From IMG/VR virus record IMGVR_UViG_3300031993_000017: 64,000 bases of DNA. One strand, 5' to 3'. The first letter of the stretch is position 1. Each line of letters begins with the position of its first letter. The notes below the pieces were generated by a model. It ran no database searches, was not told where the DNA came from, and worked only from the letters and a program-made list of their open reading frames with translations. Shown here piece after piece: positions 46,408 through 56,543 of this stretch. Source of the stretch: a virus (Duplodnaviria; Caudoviricetes). Both the position numbers and the translations under genes were made by a program.

Positions 46408-47370
46408 TCACCCCAAATCAAACAACCGCTTAGCTCTCCTTACATTAGTAGGTGTATAAGCGTACTTAGTTTTGATAAGTTTCTGTATGTTGTGCATTGT
46501 CATAACCACTCTTGCTGCAGAATCCTCTTGAATCTGCTCAAGTGTAAATCCTAAATCTTCAATTTCTTTCTTCAGAACATTAAGATTGTAATCATCTGCA
46601 AGATCTACAAAACTCATATTTGATTTTGTCTTAGATGTTCGTGTTTTCTTAGAAACTGAAATTACTCCAAAATTAACAGATAAACATTTTGCATATCCGG
46701 CGATAAGTCTATGAGAAATCGAGTCAGCAGAATAACAAGGATATTTTGAAAGAGCGTCTAAACTTGTCATTCCGTACAGATGTGTCTTTACATTAGGATT
46801 ACTGCTCTTTGCTATGATATCTGATACATTCATCAAGTAAGTATTTTTATCTTCCTGAGAAGCATCGTTTGCAGGACTGATTCCGATGTAATCCAAATGC
46901 TCACCGTTTTCATCTTTCCACTCTAGCATAAATCTAAGGACATCCATGCTTTCTCCGTAGTGGAATACTGGCATCAACTTCTTAGGGGATTTAACTCTAG
47001 ATCGCATATACAGATAATTTTCCCAAGACTTCTTAGCAGATTCTTCATAATCCTCTTGGGACTTAGGTTTTCCAAAGTGACCAGGAATGGTATCCAACTG
47101 TGCAAACACATCAATATCATCGTCAATTCCATTGACATAATCTATGTACTCATCTACAGTTGTATGTGCTTTTCCTGTATGGATACTGAAGGCTCCGCTG
47201 TCGATGAAAAGTGATTTGCAAAATCCTTCCCGTTTCCATTCAATTGTTTTCTTGATAGCACTTCGGTCTAACTGAGATATAAGAATGTCTAGCGGCTCAA
47301 AATCCGGCATATTTAAAAGCATATCATGCATGGATTGAGTTAAAGATCCTGAGAAATAATAAGTATGCAT
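46408..47370 (-). CDS. TGT-fold transglycosylase (DpdA/queuine-tRNA-ribosyltransferase-like)
   Basis: FIDSGAFS, AQLDTIP, MPVFHYGE, THLYG, YSADS motifs. Confidence 0.75.
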   Translation of the reverse strand: MHTYYFSGSLTQSMHDMLLNMPDFEPLDILISQLDRSAIKKTIEWKREGFCKSLFIDSGAFSIHTGKAHTTVDEYIDYVNGIDDDIDVFAQLDTIPGHFGKPKSQEDYEESAKKSWENYLYMRSRVKSPKKLMPVFHYGESMDVLRFMLEWKDENGEHLDYIGISPANDASQEDKNTYLMNVSDIIAKSSNPNVKTHLYGMTSLDALSKYPCYSADSISHRLIAGYAKCLSVNFGVISVSKKTRTSKTKSNMSFVDLADDYNLNVLKKEIEDLGFTLEQIQEDSAARVVMTMHNIQKLIKTKYAYTPTNVRRAKRLFDLG

Positions 47371-47373
47371 TGT

Positions 47374-48153
47374 TTATCCTCCATATTTCAATTCAAACAG
47401 TAACTTAGCAAGTAATGCGTTTTCAGATACAAAATGTGCATCTAGTTTATTCAAAAATGTAATTGATGAAGATACATCATATGGATCACTCATCTCTGTC
47501 ATCAGAGACTGAATAACTAAAGCTAGATTGGTTTTACTTTCATCAGGAAAATGCGAAAGCTCCCATAACGATGTAGCTACAGGTGTATTGACTACTTTAG
47601 TTAAATTCAATGAATCCATGTAGTGAAGTTTATCTACTCCTAATCTAGATAGATAATCCACATCTTTGTATGATCTAACAGATTTGAATGTTCTACTCTG
47701 CGAAAGCATATCTACTAGGTTAGGATATTTAAGAGAAGCATATGACAATACGTCAGCGACTGTGGGATGATTTACGTCTACGGTTTTGCTTCTGCTTACA
47801 ATTGTGTCAGGAACTTTACCAATGTTAGAACAAGTTACAACTATGTAAACATTTTCAGGAGGCTCTTCTAGAAACTTAAGAAGGGCTCCTGGTGATTGAT
47901 AAGATCCAGAGTCGATGTTTTCTACAACTACTAGTACATCATTTGTTACTGATTGACAAGACTCTACACATTCGCGTAATTCGTCTACTTTCATAGAAAC
48001 TACAATCTTGTTGATACAGCCTACAAAATCGCCGTATTCTAGAGCTAGATAAGTTTTCCCACAACCAGGACATCCACATAGCAAAATACTCCTAGAATTA
48101 GAAGATGCTAACAATTTAAGTTGTTCAGTTGCGTTTTTCTGATTATTCAGCAT
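47374..48153 (-). CDS. holB: Clamp loader delta-prime-like subunit
   Basis: LLCGCPGCGKTYLA, ALLKFLEEPPENV, TIVSR. Confidence 0.75.
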   Translation of the reverse strand: MLNNQKNATEQLKLLASSNSRSILLCGCPGCGKTYLALEYGDFVGCINKIVVSMKVDELRECVESCQSVTNDVLVVVENIDSGSYQSPGALLKFLEEPPENVYIVVTCSNIGKVPDTIVSRSKTVDVNHPTVADVLSYASLKYPNLVDMLSQSRTFKSVRSYKDVDYLSRLGVDKLHYMDSLNLTKVVNTPVATSLWELSHFPDESKTNLALVIQSLMTEMSDPYDVSSSITFLNKLDAHFVSENALLAKLLFELKYGG

Positions 48154-49067
48154 GACAACTCCTTAAGTTCTAAAGTAGGATTGAAAGCCAAGCAGCTCAC
48201 ACAGTATAATAACGATTGATATACATCAGAGCTTATACTTCGAGTGTCCTCCAAACATTTATATATGATAGAAAACATGTTGTAAGTATCTCTATGATTC
48301 CATATCTTAGCAAATGCTTTGAATCTAGAAGAACTGTAACTGGCATCTACTAGCTTGTCTAACTCTATCAATACATTTAAAAAAAGATAAAATATCTCAT
48401 TGTAATCAACACTAGTTGTATCTAACTCAAGCAAAAGCTCTGGTACATTCTTGCTAGCAAACAACACTTTTAATCTCTCAGATGAGCTGTTATCTTCTAT
48501 TGGACAAACAATCTTTCGGATAACCTCCTCTGTGTAGCTACTGTATTCTAGATTTCGAATACAGTTATAGATACTTGTAGCATTGTAGTAATCTTGACAG
48601 AGAGAAGACGCAATACTAGCAACTTTATCTGACACACCTGGATTATCGGTCTTTATATATTTTTCAATGAATTTTTTATCTATCGGATCCATAGACACAC
48701 AGAAATCATCTAAGTACTTATGAATTTTATTTATACCTTTACAAGTATCTTCGTATAAACACACAACTGTTCCCGGTATGTTTGTTTTAGATATGTAAGA
48801 AGAACTAGACTCGTCTAAATCAGAAGAGAACTGCTCATCATATCTAACTACATACAGCTTATCAGATAGCGGTATCAATCGTTTCTTATGAAAGACAGAT
48901 AGTAGTTCGGATACGCTACTATATTCCTCTTTACATCCATACAGAGTTTCTAAGTGTTTAATATACTTGTTCTTGATACCATACTCAGGTCCTAAAAACA
49001 CATAGAATTTCTTCGGCCTATTATTCAATATCTCCAATCCTACTTCTTGAATAGTTAACATACGCAT
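48147..49067 (-). CDS. holA: Clamp loader delta-like subunit
   Basis: KKFYVFLGPEYGIK HolA-like N-terminus, size and context. Confidence 0.6.
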   Translation of the reverse strand: MRMLTIQEVGLEILNNRPKKFYVFLGPEYGIKNKYIKHLETLYGCKEEYSSVSELLSVFHKKRLIPLSDKLYVVRYDEQFSSDLDESSSSYISKTNIPGTVVCLYEDTCKGINKIHKYLDDFCVSMDPIDKKFIEKYIKTDNPGVSDKVASIASSLCQDYYNATSIYNCIRNLEYSSYTEEVIRKIVCPIEDNSSSERLKVLFASKNVPELLLELDTTSVDYNEIFYLFLNVLIELDKLVDASYSSSRFKAFAKIWNHRDTYNMFSIIYKCLEDTRSISSDVYQSLLYCVSCLAFNPTLELKELSC

Positions 49068-49108
49068 TTACCAAAATGGTCTGGCGACCACTACAAGTCT
49101 TATGAAAT

Positions 49109-50302
49109 TCAATCACTTATGGTTTGACTTACTTCTTCAGAACCTTCTAACGCTACACTATTAGGATTTCCTTCAATGTCATTTATAATAAAAGTCTTCA
49201 GTTTGTTAAAGTACTCAGGATTGTTTTGAACATACTCCAACACCTTTGCAAATCCATTGATCTTCAAAGGCTTGTTTGTATTCGGATCCTCAATTATTTC
49301 TCCAGTCATCGGGTCGCATATAGTGAACCATGCACCACCTTTCTTGATGATTCCATATTTGTTTACAGCTAACTGACAGAAATCAATATCAACTCGGATA
49401 CCAGATTTCGCCATAAGATAGTAAGAACCATTTCTGCGATCCCAGGGTGCGGACTTCTGTTTTGTTATCTTAGCATTGATAATGTAACCAGAAGGATTCT
49501 CAGATTTCTGAGGAAGTTCATTCCCTACAAAATCAACAGGGCTCCCGATTTGGAATAAGATTCTGAGAGAAGCATAGAACTTCAATGCGTTTCCGCCCGG
49601 AGTGTTTGGCACATATGGATTATCCATATTGTCACGAACTTGATTGATACACAAGAGAGTTGTTTCATATCTTGTAAGCAACGGAATTACTTCTCTCAAA
49701 AATGTAGTAAGCAATCCTGCGATTGGTGCAACGGTACGCTCACCAATCTTCTTATCTAACTCCGCTCTAGAAACAAGCGAAGGAACGCTGTCTACAACAA
49801 TAAGACCTAGCTCACCAGTCTGTATAACAACTCTGATAAACTGTAGAATATCTTCTGCAACAACATCCGGCGGTTGCATAATCTCAATGTTAGAACTATC
49901 AATTCCAAGCGTTTTAGACCAAGCAGCGTCAAAAGAGTGCTCTAGATCAATGTACAGGATCTTTTTAGGTCCTCGTTCTTCAAGTTCTTCAATATCAACT
50001 AATGCAGATTTGTTTCCATTATTCGCAAGTTCTCTTAACTCTGCAATTTGATCGTCATACTCTTTCCTGAATATTTCATGAGCATTTTTGCAGATATCAA
50101 CAGAAGAGCTCGATTTTCCACCACCAGGATATCCATAAAATTCTGTGATTGCATTTCTAGGAATACCACCATAAGTAGAGTAATTTAACAGTGGGCTAGA
50201 AAAAGGAAGTTTCCTGCCTGAATTTTTGCTTGCGCCATCCATAAGTGATGGGCAGTTCCAATCCTTTTTCAGTTTCTCAATCATTTCAGAATAGCTAGCC
50301 AT
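49109..50302 (-). CDS. recA: RecA/UvsX recombinase
   Basis: GGIPR..ITEFYG..GGGKSS, YIDLEH, IVVDSV, INQVR, TPGGNALKFYAS. Confidence 0.95.
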   Translation of the reverse strand: MASYSEMIEKLKKDWNCPSLMDGASKNSGRKLPFSSPLLNYSTYGGIPRNAITEFYGYPGGGKSSSSVDICKNAHEIFRKEYDDQIAELRELANNGNKSALVDIEELEERGPKKILYIDLEHSFDAAWSKTLGIDSSNIEIMQPPDVVAEDILQFIRVVIQTGELGLIVVDSVPSLVSRAELDKKIGERTVAPIAGLLTTFLREVIPLLTRYETTLLCINQVRDNMDNPYVPNTPGGNALKFYASLRILFQIGSPVDFVGNELPQKSENPSGYIINAKITKQKSAPWDRRNGSYYLMAKSGIRVDIDFCQLAVNKYGIIKKGGAWFTICDPMTGEIIEDPNTNKPLKINGFAKVLEYVQNNPEYFNKLKTFIINDIEGNPNSVALEGSEEVSQTISD

Positions 50303-50317
50303 TTAACAACCTCTTTC

Positions 50318-50848
50318 TTATTTGATATACACATCTTTTTGATAATCAGGTAATTTGTCTATGTCAGGTTCACTTATTGGATTTGATTTTTCTGTTGACC
50401 TTCTACCGTCCCAAATCTTCTTGCAACCCATTATGAGTTCCTTACAGTAAGACATTTCAGATTCTGCTCTGGAAATAACCGATGTATAAACAGCTACTAG
50501 CACTTCATAATCTGCCATTTCGCTTGCTACAAAATCTGTCTTAGGGATTGATGATTTCTCTGGAATATTTTTCAGTACTTCAACTTTTTGTTTTTTGATC
50601 TGAAGTTTTAATACTTCTTGCTCTAACTTTAATTTATTCAATGCTTCCGATGCAGTAAAAAGGTTCAATGGTAATACTGTCAGAACGTCTTCCAATTCCT
50701 TATCGGTAATCGGCTGAACCTTTGACTGCATCCGCTTATGCAAATCACGAACATCTGATAAATATTCTTCAAAATGTATCCTATAGAGATTATCGGCAGT
50801 TGCGTTAACATCATCTAAGATAGGTTTATACTTATTTGAATCAATCAT
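50318..50848 (-). CDS. Hypothetical coiled-coil protein next to recA
   Basis: Likely start MIDSNKY at 50848. Confidence 0.65.
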   Translation of the reverse strand: MIDSNKYKPILDDVNATADNLYRIHFEEYLSDVRDLHKRMQSKVQPITDKELEDVLTVLPLNLFTASEALNKLKLEQEVLKLQIKKQKVEVLKNIPEKSSIPKTDFVASEMADYEVLVAVYTSVISRAESEMSYCKELIMGCKKIWDGRRSTEKSNPISEPDIDKLPDYQKDVYIK

Positions 50849-50853
50849 TTTTA

Positions 50854-52332
50854 TCAACCTGCTTTCTGAGGAATACTGCAAAGATAAGTCAATGCAGTTT
50901 CCTGTAAATACTGAGTTGATTTTAAAGCACTATTCAACTCAACTAGCTTACCTGCTAACCTCAAACAGATAATGACATGATTTGTTCCATACTTTGAAAT
51001 TTTATCTTGGTAGTAAGAAGGAATCATGGTCTTTTGAATATCTTGTAAGAAAATATACTTCACTACATTCATTACAAATCCATGAAATCCTTCAAACCAC
51101 TTAGCAAAATTCACACCGGAATTATATACTCGATCAATGATTTCAGTAATCTTTGCATTATCCTTCTTTGCATAGGCACCAAGTAATGCAAAATAATCAT
51201 CGTAGTTAGGAAGATTCAAAGCCTTAACAACATTTTCAGTTGTAATATCATGACTGAATGCAAGTGCTTTATCAAGACTCGTGAGACTGTCTCTCATACC
51301 ACCGTTGGATAACTTTGCGATGTAGAGAATAGCATCGTCAGTATAAGTGTAATCCATACCTTCTGCAATCTCAGAATCCATTACATATTTCAATCTGTTA
51401 TAGATACCTTCCAGGCTTATCTTAGATAATTGAAATGTTTGAACTCTGGATATGATAGTAGCAGGAATCTTTTCTGGATTAGTAGTACAGAAGATAAATA
51501 CGCTTCTTGCAGGTTGCTCTTCTAGTACCTTCAGGAGAACTTGCCAAGCCTGAGGAGTTAAAACATGACACTCATCGATGATGAAGCACTTATACTTAGA
51601 TCCAATCGGATATGTAGAAGCTTGTTGAACTAACTCACGCATACTGTCAACACCGTTGTGAGATGCTGCGTCAATTTCTATAGACTCTCCGATGTTATCA
51701 TTTAAAACATTTGCTATGATTCTTGCAGAAGTTGTATTATGAGTCAGAATATAATCATCAGATACATAAGTATGATCTTCATGATCTATCATAATACACT
51801 GGCAGTCTTCTTCACCAATGTACTTTATATCTTCAATTCTACGATATTCATCAATATCTGGAATATCATCAGTAGCACATGAATAATTTGATAAATCTGA
51901 ACGTGGTATAGATAGATTAAGCCCATCTCCAAAAAGACGAACTAAATAGTCTGTAGTGACTACCTTAATTGAACCTTCAACATAAACTACATTTAAGTGT
52001 AGATCTGCAACTCGAATTGAACCACCATCTGCTAGAACTAATTCATAAATAGGCCTAACACCTTGCGGATATACTCCAGAAACTTTCCCAGTATGCCCCT
52101 GCCCAGTGATTACCTCAGTTCCAATCTTAACATCACGCATTTCAATGAACCCATTAGGTGTTAACACATGACTATCAAGTGGCTGTGCTTTCCCAGTGCC
52201 TGCAGGACCTGTAAGCAGAAAGTTCCGGTTAGATAATGTAGATTCGCACAGAGACTTCAACATCTTCACTACAAGTGTTTGTTCAGTCATATCTTCCCAG
52301 GTTTTTGGTCTATACTTTGTAGCTAAACTCAT
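50854..52332 (-). CDS. dnaX: Clamp loader ATPase gamma/tau-like subunit with intein
   Basis: LATKYRPK, GPAGTGK|TTSARI, EIDAASHNGVD, IIDECH, LLKVLEE, GGMRDSL. Confidence 0.92.
   Translation of the reverse strand: MSLATKYRPKTWEDMTEQTLVVKMLKSLCESTLSNRNFLLTGPAGTGKAQPLDSHVLTPNGFIEMRDVKIGTEVITGQGHTGKVSGVYPQGVRPIYELVLADGGSIRVADLHLNVVYVEGSIKVVTTDYLVRLFGDGLNLSIPRSDLSNYSCATDDIPDIDEYRRIEDIKYIGEEDCQCIMIDHEDHTYVSDDYILTHNTTSARIIANVLNDNIGESIEIDAASHNGVDSMRELVQQASTYPIGSKYKCFIIDECHVLTPQAWQVLLKVLEEQPARSVFIFCTTNPEKIPATIISRVQTFQLSKISLEGIYNRLKYVMDSEIAEGMDYTYTDDAILYIAKLSNGGMRDSLTSLDKALAFSHDITTENVVKALNLPNYDDYFALLGAYAKKDNAKITEIIDRVYNSGVNFAKWFEGFHGFVMNVVKYIFLQDIQKTMIPSYYQDKISKYGTNHVIICLRLAGKLVELNSALKSTQYLQETALTYLCSIPQKAG
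51736..52188 (-). mobile_element. Ala-start mini-intein (151 aa) in DnaX Walker A
   Basis: GK|AQPLDSHVLTPNG...DCQCIMID...ILTHN|TT. Confidence 0.9.
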
Positions 52333-53126
52333 CAGCGAAATCCCTTTCCATATTCTTGACATTTTTTATAGTACGGACACATAGACGGTGTACACCATTT
52401 ATCACCCACTGGAAGACCTTCTGGAGCAAGATTAGACTTCACTGCATCTAAAACTGCATTGAATCTTTCAAAAGTTTTGTTCCACGATTGCTCACTTACT
52501 TTTAACTCAAAGCATTTTAGCCCTCCATACTGACGATCTTGGTACACTACTAACACATTTGGAAGTTTTAGAAGTGCCGAATACGTCTGTATCTGGTCTA
52601 CATGTTCTGGTTTAACTGTAGTTAGTGCTTGCCAAGACGATGCTTCGGAAGTCTTTATCTCCAGTAAGTAAGGCTTTCCATATACTTTAACGATTCCATC
52701 ACATGCAAATCTAACGGGCGGGTCATAGAAAGTTACTAAAGTTTCAGGGCTATCTTCAGACTTCTCTACATCAAACGGACGTCCTATGTTTGAATTGGAC
52801 AAATGCTCTGCTACATCAATCCAATCATCACCTAAAAGCTCTATCAGGTTAGATTGTAAATTCCTATGGCACGCTGTTCCAATGTCTGCAATGAATGAAA
52901 GAGTTGTGTCTGGATTACTTACTACATCTGGAACGACACCTCTTAATTTGAACCACTGAAGCCTATCACATCTCAGGCTAGAGGGTGAAAAAGTCTTCCC
53001 TCTAACCTGAGATTTTTCTTCAGATATTTTTGCTGTCAGATGCTTCTCGTAGTTATCTAAAAATTCACAACTGATTGCTGAATTGAATCGGCTACCAGAA
53101 ATAGAAGAGATTTTCTTAAATGCCAT
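52332..53126 (-). CDS. Cas4-like / PD-(D/E)xK exonuclease
   Basis: SPSSLRC, GTACH, CDGIV...LLEIKT, QIQTY, C-terminal WC...CPYYKKC. Confidence 0.85.
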   Translation of the reverse strand: MAFKKISSISGSRFNSAISCEFLDNYEKHLTAKISEEKSQVRGKTFSPSSLRCDRLQWFKLRGVVPDVVSNPDTTLSFIADIGTACHRNLQSNLIELLGDDWIDVAEHLSNSNIGRPFDVEKSEDSPETLVTFYDPPVRFACDGIVKVYGKPYLLEIKTSEASSWQALTTVKPEHVDQIQTYSALLKLPNVLVVYQDRQYGGLKCFELKVSEQSWNKTFERFNAVLDAVKSNLAPEGLPVGDKWCTPSMCPYYKKCQEYGKGFR

Positions 53127-53138
53127 GATTGTTCCTCA

Positions 53139-54272
53139 TTATTCTAATCCGGCCATCATAGTAACAAGCTTATCATTCCAGAAAAGTAATCCTGATACTG
53201 CTTCAGGATCATCCGGAGAAGCAAGAGGATACATGTTAACAGATTCTGACTCGTCATAAGTGCTGATAACCTTACGAAGACGATCTACTTCAAATATAAC
53301 CTCAAAGGATTTATAGTTAGTTGTCTTGATAGGGATTACGCAATCAATGTTCTTGTTCACTATACGAACTACATCATCAGCCTTAGTAAAACGAACAACA
53401 CTATCACCGTCTGCAAAGATAAGTGCCTGGCCAAGATACTTGAGAATTTCAGAAGTAGATGCACTGAAAGATTCGGATAACTTCTGGTCGTCAATATTCA
53501 TCATTCCTAAGAAGATATCTGAGTTATAGGTTCCCATATCAGGATCATCTTCGTAGCTAGGAGTGAATTCAGACACATACTTGAAACTATCAGTAGCAAA
53601 TGAAATTACATAAGATCTACCAAATCGTACAACCGAACATTTCTCAGGTAACGAAATAAGCAGGTTGATAATAGTGTCTTTAAGTAAACACGACTCACCT
53701 AACTTAGATACATTCGACTTAGTAAAGAGACCGTTATCATAATCACCTACGATAACATCGCCACTGTTGCCTACCCAAACTTGTGTGTATACTTTGTGCA
53801 CAAATGACATCGAGATAGCGTACATCTGATGGTCTTTTACATACTTCCATTCTGCCTCGGAAATCTTTACATCTTCTCCAGAGTTTTCAGAAGTAGGCTT
53901 ATTGAATTCCAGACCTTCAATATCAAGAGATCTAGGAACTGTAAACTTAGACTTTCCAGACCTTACAATCAATCCGTCATTTCCGTTAGGATCATATTCG
54001 AACGAAATTGTGGAAGTATCAATACTAGATACAAGCTGCTTGAACAAAGAACTTGATACAAACAATGTGCTTCTTCCTTCCGGACCTTCATATGAACCTA
54101 ACAAATCTACCTGAGTTTTGATTCCAGATGCTTCTACATTAACAGACATTCCGGAACTAGAGAACGAAAGTTCTACTACCGTACTACGCTTGTCGTAATT
54201 TGAAATGTTTCCATTGATGATACTTAAAGAAAGAGCATCATCAAGTGGTTTAGTATTTGTTGTAAAAATCAT
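53139..54272 (-). CDS. dnaN: Sliding clamp (beta-clamp-like)
   Basis: 377 aa, three-domain beta-clamp-like pattern, located between polymerase and clamp loader. Confidence 0.6.
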   Translation of the reverse strand: MIFTTNTKPLDDALSLSIINGNISNYDKRSTVVELSFSSSGMSVNVEASGIKTQVDLLGSYEGPEGRSTLFVSSSLFKQLVSSIDTSTISFEYDPNGNDGLIVRSGKSKFTVPRSLDIEGLEFNKPTSENSGEDVKISEAEWKYVKDHQMYAISMSFVHKVYTQVWVGNSGDVIVGDYDNGLFTKSNVSKLGESCLLKDTIINLLISLPEKCSVVRFGRSYVISFATDSFKYVSEFTPSYEDDPDMGTYNSDIFLGMMNIDDQKLSESFSASTSEILKYLGQALIFADGDSVVRFTKADDVVRIVNKNIDCVIPIKTTNYKSFEVIFEVDRLRKVISTYDESESVNMYPLASPDDPEAVSGLLFWNDKLVTMMAGLE

Positions 54273-54275
54273 GTC

Positions 54276-56543
54276 TTACATTTCCTTTCTAGAATTTTTA
54301 ATTGAATAAGCCATCATCCTCCCGTAGAGAGTTTCGTTCTCTATCATATCTAGAAACTCTTCCCGAAGTATACGTCTTTTAACGATGTAGTCTTCGATGT
54401 TTTGTGTATACATCTCTGACACAACACCGTTTATTCCATGTGCAGGATCTCCCTTAGGTTTGCTACCATCAGGTTCATTGTAAACAGGTAACAAGTACTC
54501 CATTTCTCTAAGATGGTACTGAATCCATTTTATTTCTTCTGGATCAGTTGTATCAACCGACTTAGGTTTTGGATACTTACAAGGAAACTCTTCTCCATAC
54601 CAACGAAGTGTAGTAGTTACATCACACTTAGATGGGAACGGCAAGAAGTTAGCAGCTTCGCACATTATACTAGAAAGAAGTCTTCCACCTTCTTCCCAAG
54701 CCTCCATTGGAACTTCGGCTAATAACTCATCGTGGACGGGAATGAGTAATCTTCCGCATATCTTCTTCCAATCGGGGCTATTTTCTAGCATTATCATAGC
54801 AAGTTTTGTTTGGTCGGCCGCACTCTATATTACTATATCTTTCAAAATAGTACAGACTATATCTTCTGAATATGTTAAAACATTCAGTTCACCATTTCAA
54901 CTGGTAACTCATCTTCCAGCTTACTCCTCAACAACGAGGATAGTCGTTACACTTTAATTTCTACTTTAGTCCAAGCATGTAATGTAGAAATTCTTAGCAC
55001 GGTATCACCTGCTATCCATTTCTGGACCGTAGGCTCTCTTAGTCAGCTGCTTCGTCATTTGAAATATGTATATCGCTTTAGCTTAGATACATTGTCTTAT
55101 TCTGCTGATACCGTTAGCACTGCAATTATGCAGCACACCTATGAGTAATGTAGTTAGATGAATAAGGGCAGTGCAGCGGTCTACCCTGTATCATAGAATT
55201 CAGTGTCTGACGAGATCCGTCTTGAATCTTACTACGATTGTTAGTAACTCGTATGTGCTCATTCTCGTACAATTCTTTTATTCTAGGAGCCATCTGCCCC
55301 ATGTACTTGTACTGTTTGAATTCTTTGCACAATTCATCTTTTATTCTCTGCGGAATATCCGAAGATTCTTTTAAAGTAGAAGGATCTAAAGGATCTACAT
55401 CCGGATTAACGTATCCTTTCATTGCAGAAAATTCAAACTCGGGTAACTGCATCTCAGGAATATGTCTACGCCTCCCAAGTATTGTTTCAACATATCCATA
55501 CTTTCGTGCAAACGCCTGTGCAGATTTCATAAGTGCTAAGATTCCAGGAAATGCTTTCAGAACAGAATCATATACTTTCTGAGCAGATTTCAATTTCTCC
55601 TCTTTTGTCATATCGTCGCGTTTGCCATACAACTGATCTGCAATAGACGGAATAGCACGACCATAGGTTATCAAATATGGTAAAATTTAGACTATATCAT
55701 TACCGTGTTGTTCAACGGTACTTTGCGCTTCCGATGGTAACTCATCTTCCACCGTACAATTAGTCGTTAGACCTTATCAAGAATATTCTCGATCTTGGCA
55801 CAGGATTTGCATCAGCATTCCCTGTTAGCAGATTGATAAAGTGATCATTTCCTATCACACCAATTAAGTTCAATCCACACCCATGAGTAATATGGTTCAC
55901 AAAGTTTTCATTCTACACTACAAGAGAACAACTTGTGTAGACGGGGCATAACCTTTTTAGTTTACCCAATAGTATTGTTTTTGCTTCTCCTCGACGCTTC
56001 TTACCGTCAGGTTGGTACTCACCTGTTTCTGGATGAAACTCCAAACATTTTTCATATGGAACATTGAATGATAAACTTGCAATTCCTGCGTAAATGTCCC
56101 TTCCGTCTTGGAAGGTCTTTATCATTCCTTTATCACCGCTTATAAAAGCAGTTAATCTTGGTTCTTGTGCCTTGAACCTGTATTATGAATGTTCGCTACA
56201 CATTCTCTCCGATCACTCGGAGTATCGGACTATATCTTAACACTGAAATTCTGTTACCAAATTTGCAGTGTTCCCTACGTTTCCACTTCGCTTGAAGCGT
56301 ACTCTACTCGCTTGGTTATCTCAATTGACCTAGCACTACAGCTATTTATACATTTCTGTAAATGTCAATTTCTAGCATTCGATAGTCTCTACGGTTGTAA
56401 ATTATACAACCTCGGTATCGCCTTATTGTCGGTAAGGTTTCACCGATTTATAGGGTTTTACTACAGCACACAATTCTACTGTAGTCAGAAGACAACATTA
56501 CATAGGCCGGGGTCTGTATCTGTATCTTCCAATCGCTTGACAA
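54276..56543 (-). CDS. polA: Family A DNA polymerase, C-terminal part (exons 56543-56478, 56170-55964, 55671-55183, 54824-54276; about 436 aa)
   Basis: Splicing restores DYS|AQEPRL (motif A), AKTILLG|ITYG (motif B), IQG|SAAD; VHDEL (motif C); TTG start after SD GGAGGTG. Confidence 0.82.
54825..55182 (-). mobile_element. Group I intron 4 of polA (no ORF)
   Basis: 5' exon ends in U within P1 (GGGU/GCCC), terminal G, AAGAUAUAGUC element, in-frame junction IQG|SAAD. Confidence 0.88.
55672..55963 (-). mobile_element. Group I intron 3 of polA (no ORF)
   Basis: P1 GGGU/GCCC, CGACUA and AUGAUAUAGUC elements, terminal G, junction LLG|ITYG. Confidence 0.88.
56171..56477 (-). mobile_element. Group I intron 2 of polA (no ORF)
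   Basis: P1 CUACAGU/GCUGUAG, GAGACUA and AAGAUAUAGUCC elements, terminal G, junction DYS|AQEPR. Confidence 0.88.

Noticed and set aside
52332-53126. Cas4-like gene as a sign of a CRISPR-Cas locus
   Set aside because: No repeat-spacer array or other cas genes seen; it sits in the replication operon as solo phage Cas4-like nucleases commonly do
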